Shown: positions 49,010 through 59,902 of the stretch, one piece after another | How positions within the stretch are numbered: position 1 is the first letter of the stretch | How the letters are laid out: every line of letters begins with the position of its first letter | From: Octopus bimaculoides | Lineage: Eukaryota | DNA: 64,000 nucleotides | Direction of reading: 5' to 3' | Assembly: GCF_001194135.2 (NCBI RefSeq) | Contig: NC_068991.1 | Coordinates: 64,181,729-64,245,728 of the forward strand | Program-made: the position numbers and the translations under genes | Notes under the pieces: model-generated | Seen by the model: the letters and a program-made list of their open reading frames with translations, nothing else | What the model was told of the DNA's origin: nothing | Databases searched by the model: none

Positions 49010-49257
49010 CAGGGATGGGCAACTTTTCGTCATCTGGGGGCCGCATCGTACCATTTCCAAGTGGGAGAGGGCTGCATGAAATATTACTTGCCCACTTTAC
49101 ACTGAATTTTTTGTAGTTTTTCCTGATTTTATTTGTCTTAGCATGAAATGAGTAACTTAGAAACTCGTCGAGAGCCGCACAACATGTTGAGGGTCGCACA
49201 ACAACATGTCGAGGGTCGCACAACAACATGTCGAGGGCTGCAGTTTGCCCATGCATG
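49010..49257. mobile_element. hAT-type MITE with internal 22-bp minisatellite
   Basis: Imperfect TIRs CAGGGATGGGCAA / TTGCCCATGCATG; subterminal 'gggccgca'; three units of 'cgcacaacaacatgtcgagggt' at 49176-49238. TSD not cleanly conserved. Confidence 0.7.
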
Positions 49258-49859
49258 GTTCAGAAGGAATCCAGCATTTGACCCGTACTTTATTTTATCG
49301 ATCCTAGGGGGATGAGAGACAAATTTGACCTCAGTACATAATGAAGTAAAACGAATGCTGCAAAATAATTCTGCAGCTCTAACGATTCTGGCAGATCACA
49401 TCTCTAATCAAGAGATATTCACCACATGTAGAAGTAGCTCAATGACAGGTGGAAATTTCTTTAATTAAAATCATATTTAAAGCTATGTAAGTGTATATGG
49501 AAACAGCTATACGCAAGCAGTAGGAGGAAAATGATATACAGGAAAAACAAAAGATTTTACTCTGCAAGCATTGGCATTCTTTACCTCAAAATACCAATTA
49601 AGAGAAGCTCATAACGAATTTATTAATATTAACAATATAATTAAAAAAATAAACTGACTAAAAAGCCCTTCCAAAAGCATAAAGAAACTTTTAGCCATAC
49701 ATATTTATGAATGAGTAAAATAATACTTAGTGACAATGTCTTACTCACTGAACTAGTTTAGCACATTCTATGCAGAGGTAACCCTTCTGTCTCATTCTCT
49801 GTATATTCTTTCAGTCCATTTGTTAGCTATATAAATTAGGACCAACAACAACAACAGCA

Positions 49860-49911
<52 letters not shown>

Positions 49912-51244
49912 TTAGATCATATGATGTACTTCATTATTCTCGTTGCAAGAATGCATGAATGCATATTTATCTGCTAGTGAATTATTTGTAATCGATTCCT
50001 TCTTTTGGCTTGCATTTGAATTTATAATTACATACTTGTATATGTAAAGCTGTCTGTCGCTTGTGAATGTATTTTATTATGAATATGAAATTAACCCGTG
50101 CTCTTAATTCTTGTTTGTTATCTGCTTATTTACATTTATAACTTCACTATTTATTTTGATATTGGCATAAGCACAACCAATAATATATTTCTAATAATTT
50201 ATATTTGAAAGTTTGTATTCTACTTCAATATTTCTATACTTTGGGGATAGTGCACACATCTATATCATAATGGAGAAAGCTGCTTATTAATTAGGCATGT
50301 AACAGTTACTAAAAGAAAGTAATTATTAAAGGCTTGACCATCTGGAAATATTTTATAAATCGATGTTTCAAGAAATTTCCTACAATTTCGATTTCTGTGA
50401 GTTTATTGAATTTTTGAACTCCAATTTTTCACTAATTTAAATATTTATTGCATTCTCTGCGGAGTACTCCGTTTTCATTTGCAAAGTATCTCTCTCTGTT
50501 TCAATGTTTTCATTTCAAGTTTTAATTCGCTATTTGCAAAACCCACAGTTTATTCTGTACACGTAATGTAAGAACATTATTTATTGAATGAAAAAAATTT
50601 TATATACCAGTATAATAATATTTGTAAAAAAACATTATGAAGTGATTTTGTTGTTGTGGCTGTTTGGAATGCTATAAACCTTACAATAATAGCTATCCGG
50701 ACAAATTTTGGCTATTTTTTTTTCTTAAAAACCATGGGAGCAGCCTTTACGGTAAAAAAAAAATTAGATATTTTCAGAGGAATACCTGAACAATTCAAGG
50801 GAGGTTTAGCTGTTGTTTCTAGCACGACCCAACCACCTTCCGTTTTCACTCTCACTTGTATTGATGTTCTTTCAATTTTTTCTCTCATTAAGCACATTTT
50901 ATGGAATGATGATGCTGAAGTACGCGTGGTCTTCGGCATCACGCGTACTTCAGCGATGTCGAAGTACGCGTCGAATATAAATAAACTAGAGAAAAAATTG
51001 TACTCTCAATTTTTACCTCCAGTTCAATCAAATGAAGATATGTGTGTAAGAAAAAGTGTTTTCTTACAGAAAAGTATGCTATTAAAATGAATTATCGTTT
51101 ACGTAACTCTTTCTTTAAATCACTGTGCTAGCAATGACCTCAAGCTCTCCAATATTTTAAATTATAAACAGAAACGATCGGGGGCAAGGAGTGGGGTTGC
51201 AAAAAAAATCATAATTTTTCTACAGTTATTTGTATCATAGCACA

Positions 51245-51591
51245 AGTTGATCCGATCAACGGAACAGCCTGCTCGTGAAATTAACTTGCAGGTGGTTGAG
51301 CACTCCACAGACACGTGTACCCTTAACGTAGTTCTCGGGGATATTCAGCGTGACACAGTGTGACAAGGCTGACCCTTTGAATTACAGGCACAACAGAAAC
51401 AGGAAGTAAGGGTGAGAGAAAGTTGTGGTGAAAGAGAACAGCAGGGTTCGCCACCATCCCCTGCCGGAGCCTCGTTGAGCTTTTAGGTGTTTTTGCTCAA
51501 TAAACTCTCGCAATGCTCGGTCTTGGAATCGAAACCACGATCCTACGACTGCAAGCCCGCTGCCCTAACTACTGGGCCATTGCACCTCCAC
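51245..51591 (-). mobile_element. SINE family C with TSD
   Basis: A box TGGCCCAGTAG and B box GGTTTCGATTCC on the minus strand; near-identical to 25619-25992. Flanked by 'acagttatttgt' at 51222-51233 and 51590-51601. Confidence 0.92.
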
Positions 51592-51807
51592 AGTTATTTG
51601 TTTTTTTTTCCTCTAAAAAATTGGGCTGTGATTCAAATGAGATTTGTTCCCTGTCTATTAGAGGTCGAACGACTGCATGGATACTTAACCAAATGTAGAA
51701 GGACAGGAATGAGACAAGAAAAATGAATGCTGGTTCTTCAGGTGTAAACAGATAGGAATTTCAGGATTATGTAATAAAATTCAAGAAAACACATTCTTTT
51801 ATTCTTC

Positions 51808-52021
51808 TACTTCTTTCAGTCATTTGACTGCGGCCATGCTGGAGCACCGCCTTTTAGTCGAGCAAATCGACCCCAGGACTTATTCTATGTAAGCCTAGTG
51901 CTTATTCTATCGGTCTCTTTTTTCCGAACCGCTAAGTTACGGGGACGCGTAAACACACCAGTATCGGTTGTCAATTGACGTTGGGAGGACAAACAAAGAC
52001 ACACAAACATACACACACAAA

Positions 52022-52064
<43 letters not shown>

Positions 52065-52162
52065 ACGACGGGCTTCTTTCAGTTTCCGTCTACCAAATTC
52101 ACTCACAAGGCTTTGGTCGGCCCGAGGTTATAGTAGAAGACACTTGCCCAATGTGCCACACG
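51808..52162 (-). mobile_element. SINE family A (head truncated)
   Basis: 'cagtcatttgactgcggccatgctggagcaccgcc' to 'cacttgcccaatgtgccacacg', with internal (TA)n. Confidence 0.92.
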
Positions 52163-52241
52163 AAAGATTAATATATTGTTCTTATGTTTGAGCGTGTTTT
52201 AAAATATTTAATCTTTCACTTATTTTAAAATGTGGCATTTA

Positions 52242-52548
52242 TTCTCTCGGTGTCTTTTGCCGAATTGCTAGATTACAGGGACGAAAACAAACCAACATCA
52301 TTTCTTCAGCGGGGGAGAAACTCAAACACAGAAAAGCACACACACACATGACAAGAACACAAATTTACATGTGTGTATGTAATATGGGCTTCCTCACAGT
52401 TTCCGTCCACAAGATTTACTCGCAAGGCATCGGTCAGCGCGGGGCTGTAGTAGAAAACACTTGCCCAAGGTGTCACGCAATGGAAACTGAACTCGAAACC
52501 ACGTGACCACAGAGCAAGCTTGCTAACCACACAGCCATGCTTGCACCT
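52242..52548 (-). mobile_element. SINE family A, older copy
   Basis: Head reverse complement 'gcttgctaaccacacagccatgcttgcacc', 'aacacttgcccaaggtgtcacgcaatgg', and internal (CA)n. Confidence 0.8.
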
Positions 52549-53228
52549 TTTGCCAAACACTTTTGTTTATCTTTGAAATTCACTCTTGTTGTTATCTTAA
52601 GTTCTATCATTCATTTCTTCGACTCTACGATTTTATCTTGTTTCACGTCTATTTGCTATGTAAGGCGAAGTAACGCTCTTTCATGAGGCGGACACGTCAA
52701 CAGAAACGCTGCCAAATCGAGCAAAACCTATTCACATCATGTAGCAGCTAGGTTTCGAAGTTCAATATAATATAAAAGTATGTTGGTGGTGTCTACACGA
52801 AACCATACGATCTATTTGTTATGGTATCGATTTATAACATTGGCACATGTCCAGACAATTTTCGAGATGCTACGATCGATTAACCCCCGGACGAATTAAA
52901 CATAAAACTGATTCCGGTGTAGTTTGAACTTAGAGTGTGTGAAGAATTAACTCTCTGCAACGAAGGAATTACTGAGTCGCAGAAAAATTCTTGCTTCTCA
53001 CCCCGACACTCACCTTTCCTATTGAATTATTACATCGAGAATGGTTTTGTAGTTTGAAATGTCCAGTTACGGGTTTCAAAGCATCCTGGTGTTTTTTTTT
53101 CTTTCTTTCTCAAAGGTATTGCTGAAAGCGATCGATATCCTTGCGGCTAGTTTCAACGATCGAAGTCAATTTCGCAGTGTTTATAAACTTGTTGTTCGGA
53201 CCGGCTACAAGTGGAGACAGTGTTAGAA

Positions 53229-53271
<43 letters not shown>

Positions 53272-53739
53272 CATATCCACACTCACATATAAATATATAT
53301 ATACACACATACATATATGTATGTATATATACTTATCCATATACGCGTACATACATACATACATACATACATACGTACGTACGTACATATCCTGAGAAGA
53401 ATTGAATGACAAATTTCTACGTGAGTTTCTTCGGGATAAATGAAATTGTCCATTTCAAAATTGCTATAAAAGAAAGACGATAAGAAAAAAGTAAAAGAAA
53501 TGTTACAACATCATCCCAGTTATTATATAAACAACATGACCTGTTTAACGTTAAGCAGGTGATCTTAAACTATTATTCCCGTTTTGCTATATGCATTTAA
53601 TTAATTACTTAAGTTCCATACCTTCTTAATATTTGTTTTACAAGTGCAATATGTACTACCTTTCTACATTACTTTTTCTTAATAAAAAAAAACCGTTTCT
53701 CCTATCTATGAGAGTCCATATCAATATCTTAATTACAAC

Positions 53740-53938
53740 AAGGCGGCGAACTGGTAGAAACGTTAGCACACCGGGGCGGGGGGGATAAATACTTAGCGGT
53801 ATTTCGTCTATCTTTATGCTCTGAGTTCCAATTCCGCTGAGGTTGACTTTACCTTTCACTGGTACTTAATTTATCGATCTCAAAAGGATGAAGGGCAGGC
53901 TCAACCACGGCGGAATTTGAACTCAGAACGTAATGAAC
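53740..53938. mobile_element. SINE family B fold-back (plus-strand 5' half fused to minus-strand core)
   Basis: Plus arm ends 'ctctgagttccaattccgctgaggttgactttacctttca'. It is followed by 'ctggtacttaatttatcgatctcaaaaggatgaagggcaggctcaaccacggcggaatttgaactcagaacgtaa', the reverse complement of the same core. Confidence 0.8.
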
Positions 53939-54450
53939 TTAATAATAAGAATTCATATGTAGATTAACTCAGTTTTTGACGATTTGTCTCTTGCTTTCCT
54001 CACTCACTCAATTTCTTTCTTTCGCTCCCTCTCGGTATATTGACACATAATGTTTTGTTTTTTTAAATTTCTTGCCGATTCGTCATTTTGATCCTGAGGG
54101 TTATATATGTGAGATTAATTATACTGAACTTCGTTAGTGGAACCAAATAACGTACACCAGACTGGTCTACTAAGCTGAAAATGGAGCAAACCTGAAGGAC
54201 AGGTTTGCAGTAACAAATATAATTAGTATTCGGATTAGTGTCAAGCAAGATCGACCTCGGTCCCATTTAAACAGAGAGAGAGGAAATTGTAAACACTGAG
54301 AATAAATGGTTTTAGTTCGGTGCTCTATATTTCCTGATGGACTATACTTCATAACACACACACACACACACACCACGCACACGCATATACACTAAGACAC
54401 ATACATCGATAGACAGACGGAAGCTTACGTATACACACATACACACACAG

Positions 54451-54483
<33 letters not shown>

Positions 54484-54486
<3 letters not shown>

Positions 54487-54882
54487 TTTTACTCTTTTAT
54501 TCTTTTACTTGTATCAGTCATTCGACTGTGGCCATGATGAAGCACTGCCTTGAAAGGTCTTATTCGAGCAAATCGACCCCAGAACATATTTCCTTTAGGT
54601 GAAGGGACTTAAACACGCCAACGCCGGTTGTCAAGCGGTGATGGGGAGACAAACACAGACACAAAGGCGCAAACACACACACGCACACACATGCACACAC
54701 ATACACACATATACACACATACGATGGGTTTCTTTTATTTTCCGTCTACCAAATCTACTCACATAGCTTTGGTCGATTCGAGGTTATAGTGGAAGTCATT
54801 TGCTCAAGGTGCCATGTAGTGGGACTGAACCCGGAACCATGTGGTTGGGAAACAAGCATTTTACCACACAGCCACACCTGCA
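54484..54882 (-). mobile_element. SINE family A, full-length with internal deletion
   Basis: Tail reverse complement 'cttttacttgtatcagtcattcgactgtggccatg'; head reverse complement 'gtgggactgaacccggaaccatgtggttgg...accacacagccacacctgcac'. Confidence 0.88.
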
Positions 54883-55899
54883 CACACACACAGACATGTA
54901 TGCAGATAAATATCTACATATATTCATGCTTATAACAAAAAAGCAGCAGATAAGGAACGAAGAATGAAGACGTTGATAATTCTTAATTTATGGTTCCACT
55001 GAAAATCAGTTTGAATTTTATGAATAAAGTTTAAAGGTTGTAATTATAGATATTTTAAATATTTCGAAATTTCATAAAGATTAAAAGTGCATCTTGAATG
55101 CATGAATATGTAATTATAAAAACAAATAAATGAATCAGTAGAAAAAAAAATCGTTTAAAATGTAAATAAAAAATATTACATGCTATAAATATATACATGA
55201 ATCAATATTTTTTTTAAATCGATTCATAAAAAAGCGATATATAAAGAGAAGCAAAAAATAAAAATAAAAAATAAAATTCAGTCTAAAAACTGAAGAGGAA
55301 TTGGTTGGAATAGAGAACATAATATTTATGGAGCTTTCGCTGTTTTAATGGCTTTTAGCTTTTCGGAGGTAGTTGGTCCTGCGCCAGTTCCACTCAGGTG
55401 CTCCCGATTCACCCATCTCTTCCTTTAATCAGCTATATAATATCCCACCACCACCACCGTCACCACTACAACGACCCAATTTCCATTTCTGCGAGTCCTT
55501 CCGCACGAGAACGGTGGACTTCTGGCAGCTCGTCTTTGCCCATGTTTTTCCTGAGGGTGTTGTCATATAACGGAATCAGCACAGCGATAATGTCATCAAT
55601 TTCACAGCAGATCATGTGAACCACTACTATCTTCATACTAAGCAGCTAACAGAAATGAACTCGCAAGCAAGAAATAAACGCGTAGAGATGTGAGAAACTG
55701 GATCTGAAGATATATGAATATACAACAAATGTAAATGATCAGTACATTTGGATTAGGAGATGGGTTTAAAACTGTCCTTTGAAAGGTAAGGAACTGGTTG
55801 TGACGAATGCTGCAGAATATAGTATCAGCGTTAAATGATAAAAGCTGTGTGCATTGCACCATGTATACTAAATAAGTGGTGCGGGCTCTCGGTGTTGTA

Positions 55900-56960
55900 T
55901 AAAAGATACCGATTATGTTGGCATATCAGCTAATTAACTTTTTGACTTGTTAAATGGGCCTTTGTCCATTTACCAACTCGATTTAAATCCTATTAAAAAG
56001 TCATAGATTTTGTTTTGGATGGGCTCAACATAGACCAATGAGCCTAATTCGGGGCATTTAGTTTGTAGTGTCGATTTTTATAGTATGCTCTTATGCAGTG
56101 TATGTTTCCGTTATAAATGGTGTTCTATCCATATTTAATACAAAAATTTCAACTTATTCAACCTGGAACTTGCTTTCATTTGATTTTTTCTAATATGTAG
56201 AATTGTACTGGGAATTTGAATTTTAAACAATTAGGTATTCCTCTGTGTGGTGTGCTCCTTATGTTTTTGCATAAAATATCGATGAGACAGTTTGTGGGAT
56301 TAATGTTGGAATAGCGTTGGGTTTGGTGGCGTATGGCTTTCAAATTTGGTGTTTCTGATACGATTTTAGGCGTGCAGTTGTAACTTTGTTTAACGTTGTT
56401 TGTGATAAATATTTCACGGATTGAGTGATTTGGGGGAAACGGGTCTCGTACAAAAGGAAAATAATTGCTAGTGACCCTTGGCTTAGCGTTCAAGGGGAAA
56501 GCAGGATTTGAGTCATATTTTGCGTTTACGTTCATTATCGAGTCTCAGGTGTGTGCTATGCATTGGATTTTGTCCTTGAGGTAGCTTAATATCAGCACCA
56601 AAATAACATTAAGATGATCCGGTGAGAGTGCCCACATCTTAGGATATAACTGAGAAGCATATATTTTCAACTATGTTCTTTATGAATTTTAAGCGGTTGG
56701 AGATTTGTCAATGTATAGTAGCTTTTTGTTGGGTTTTCTTAAGAGGTGATAAACGTCACTGACACAATTAGTGTGCTAACAAATTAACCTTATTTGGGTT
56801 TGTGGAGATTGCGACTTATAGATTCAGATATTCGAATATTAATGAAGTTAATGTTTTCCTACAATTGTCTAGATGGCGTGCCTTCTTATTTTTAGGTATC
56901 AGATTTTAGTTGTCAGTCGTTGCACCTTAGTGAAATTCGTGTGTAATGTGTAGTACACAT
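55900..56960 (-). pseudogene. Penelope-like element relic (RT thumb, linker, GIY-YIG region)
   Basis: Minus-strand 'ISTNPNKVNLL', 'RKPN.KLLYIDKS' (cf. VNFLD...RKPN..P.YI...SNHP), then ORF 56176-56535 'PFPPNHSIREIFITNNVKQSYNCTPKI' (cf. HFP..H.L.KIFN.NT.K.SYSC.PN) and 'CLIDILCKNI'. Heavily degraded. Confidence 0.65.
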
Positions 56961-57689
56961 AGAAACTTATGATTTTACAACTCTTTCAGTCAACCGGCTG
57001 GCACATTGTAGAATGTATGGTTGATGTACATTATTATCTTGATTTCCTAAGCGGTAATCTCTATGTAGTTTTTGTGAAGGGAAGATCTTTGAGAAGTTGG
57101 AGTTTAATCATTAATATGCTCTCATTCCCCAATCACACATCACTGGTTCGGAAACACGTTCATATCCATGTGCTTATTGCAAGATCGTTAACAGAAGCTC
57201 TCTAAGAATATTTCATATGAAATATATTTTCCATTCAGGTCAAACTTGCAAATCGCTGTTTATCTATACAAATGTTAATTTTTATGAATACTTGCAAATT
57301 TTTATACCTGTTTACTTTATAAGAATCCACTCTTTATAAGAATCCACTCTCTAATCATTATCAGATCATACACTTGAAACGTGGGAACAAAAAGCTCCCA
57401 GTAGTCACTTTCTGAAACTCAGTAACTACATAACTTACAAGAACACAAACGTAAATTCATTGATAAATTTACTGGTTATTAAACTCAATTAAAATCCACA
57501 TCAACAGAATATATAGGATGAGCCTACTTAAAATTACCATCGTAATGTACTTAAACGCGTTGCTGATGTTAACAGATACTTGATATACGCAATTTGAGGC
57601 TGTAGATTAGAATACATTGATAACCAAGCCTCTGATTTACAAACTTTAACATTTGAAAGTCTATACAACGAGTGTCTTTGCTGAGAGGT

Positions 57690-57955
57690 TATGGTAAGAT
57701 CATGATTTCGATTTCTGGCGGCATGTTGTGTCATGGAGCAAGACACTTTAGTTCATGTTCCATCAGGCCACTCAAACATGAGTAGTAATTGTGTTTCAAA
57801 GCCTTGTCACATTCTGTATCACGCTGAAAATCCCTCAGAAATGTAAACATCTCTGTAGAATAATGAGCCAATTGCACATTAATTTCACAAGCAGACCGTT
57901 CTGCTGGTCGGCTAAACTGGATCTCTCGTCGTCATAAACGACCCAGTGCCAGTTA
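57690..57955 (+). mobile_element. Degenerate SINE related to family C
   Basis: Shares 'gccttgtcacattctgtatcacgctgaa', 'ttaatttcacaagcag' and 'ctggatctctcgtcgtcataaacgac...gtgcca' with the family C body and tail. Confidence 0.7.
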
Positions 57956-58314
57956 TTATCGATCTGGAAATCTAAAACATATTGCGTGCTACACGAAGAC
58001 TGGTTTTCTTTGATAAAGCGTTCTATTTCTCTCCCCACGCATTCTCTTTCACATTTTTTTCTGTGCCCCTTTTCTCTCTCTCTCTCTCTCTCATCAATTA
58101 CCTCTCTGAAAATTCTACCAGATAGAGCCAGGATATTTCAGCTGTTACAGACCAATAGACCAAAGGTCACCGATGGTGGATTTCCATCTTTCAAACCTGT
58201 GGAATCAGTTGCTCGATCGAGTGAATTATCTGCTCCTGTATTACTAAGACACGATCACACGTAATGCACTTCTAAGGCAGAATCAAATGCAACAGAGAGT
58301 GTGAGAAAGCTGTA

Positions 58315-59165
58315 CGAGGGTATACCCAAAAGTAACAAGAAATGTTCCCTGAGGGACAAGCCTGTTGTAGTTCGGGCTTCCACCGCTAGAAGCTACTTGA
58401 TACGGTATCAGTCTACCAACCGGCATTGTCCAGTGAGGTCATACTGCCACGTGGTGCTTCTTTCTTTTGCAGTGTTTTTCCCCTGTTCGTCTACTTTTGA
58501 GATGGCTGAAACGAAGGAATAGCGTACTTTCGTGAAATTCTGTTTTCTGCTGGGGAAAACGGCGGCCGAAACAATTGTCATTCTCCAGACAGTTTACACG
58601 AACGATGCCATGAGCGAAACATAAGCTTACGGGTGTTTTCACGCTTTTCGAATGGTCACTTGTCGCTTGAAGACCAACCTCGTTCAAGGCGACCGTCGAC
58701 CTCCCGGACGTATGAGAACATCATGAAAACTCAAGAAGAACGCCGCCGAACAATTGACGAACTATTGTCTGGTGCTTTTGCCAACGAATATTGAGCGAGA
58801 AATTATGAGTGAATAGAGTTACAAAAAAATCTGTACCTCGAAAGCAGTCAAGACTAAATGCATGTCGTGCACTGAATGAACAGCTGAAAGTTGATCCGGA
58901 CCTTTTTTCGAAGGTCATCAGTGGGAACGAAATCTGGTGCTACGGAATTTGCAGATGTGGAAGAAGTGAAGAAAGAAACGCTGCAGGCTTTAAAAGGCAT
59001 CACTTCGCAAGAATTCCAACACTACTTCCTACAGTGGAAAACGCATCTGCACCGATGCATTGATTCAAATGGAGAATACTTTGAAAGCGATAAAAGAGAA
59101 AACATATAAAACTAAGTGAATAAAACAATATTGCAAAATTCCAATTTCTTTTGTGTACCCCTTCG
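58315..59165 (+). mobile_element. Internally deleted mariner element (851 bp, TA-flanked)
   Basis: TIRs 'cgagggtatacccaaaagtaac' and reverse complement 'cgaaggggtacacaaaagaaat'. N-terminus 'MAETKE*RTFVKFCFLLGKTAAETIVILQTVY'; 'FSKVISGNEIWCYG' (cf. ITGDETW) is joined directly to the C-terminus 'EFADVEEVKKETLQALKGITSQEFQHYFLQWKTHLHRCIDSNGEYFE'. The catalytic core is deleted. Confidence 0.88.
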
Positions 59166-59342
59166 TACTAAGTGAATGAGAGGTGCAAACCAATCGAAGG
59201 TCTTCTATGTAGGTACCGTCTACTAGAAATTATTGGCAAAGCATAGATCGGCCCTAAATTAGGAAAAAATATTATCGTCTAAGATGGCACCCAGTGGGAA
59301 CCCGGAATTTCATAGTTACGAAGTGAAATCATAAACATTCAG

Positions 59343-59379
<37 letters not shown>

Positions 59380-59839
59380 AATTTCAGCGTGGAAGACATA
59401 AATTAGTCATTCGGAAACACACGAAGACTGTTAATATCACTGAAACATATATTTACTGCGACCTGCTCAATGTCAAACACGTATATATATATGGTTTCTA
59501 CAGTAAAGGAAGGCGATGATCTTGGTTTTCTTTTTTTCTTATTTCTTCTTGTTCCACTTTTTGCACCAATTTTCTTCACGTATTTTTCTTCTCATTTTTT
59601 CTTATTTCCTCACAATCCAGCGTCCTCACTTTCAAATGCATTTAATGTATAAAAAGAGCCTGAAATATTGCTTAGAGATACATGCCATGTTTTATAATCT
59701 GCCAATTTAAAGTATCGTTAAGCATGAAACCATTAATAGCTCTTTCGTAATGGTGTGTTAAATTGATGTGCTGTTTAGTTAGATATAGCTTGTGCCTTCA
59801 CTGGGTGCGAAACTTATGTAAGTACTTAAGTATATATAC

Positions 59840-59902
<63 letters not shown>

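Noticed and set aside
50656-51090. 144-aa plus-strand ORF and overlapping 76-aa minus-strand ORF
   Set aside because: Non-ATG start, homopolymer runs, no recognisable motif or splice signals; the notable feature is the hairpin inside it.
51121-51127. CACTGTG (reverse complement of the RSS/Transib heptamer CACAGTG)
   Set aside because: No nonamer at 12 or 23 spacing and no matching opposite terminus found; a 7-mer is expected by chance.
58900-58930. CTGATGA followed by GAAA on the minus strand (hammerhead-like); similar partial hits near 4979 and 52680
   Set aside because: No valid stem II or flanking stems; the 58.9 kb hit is mariner coding sequence.
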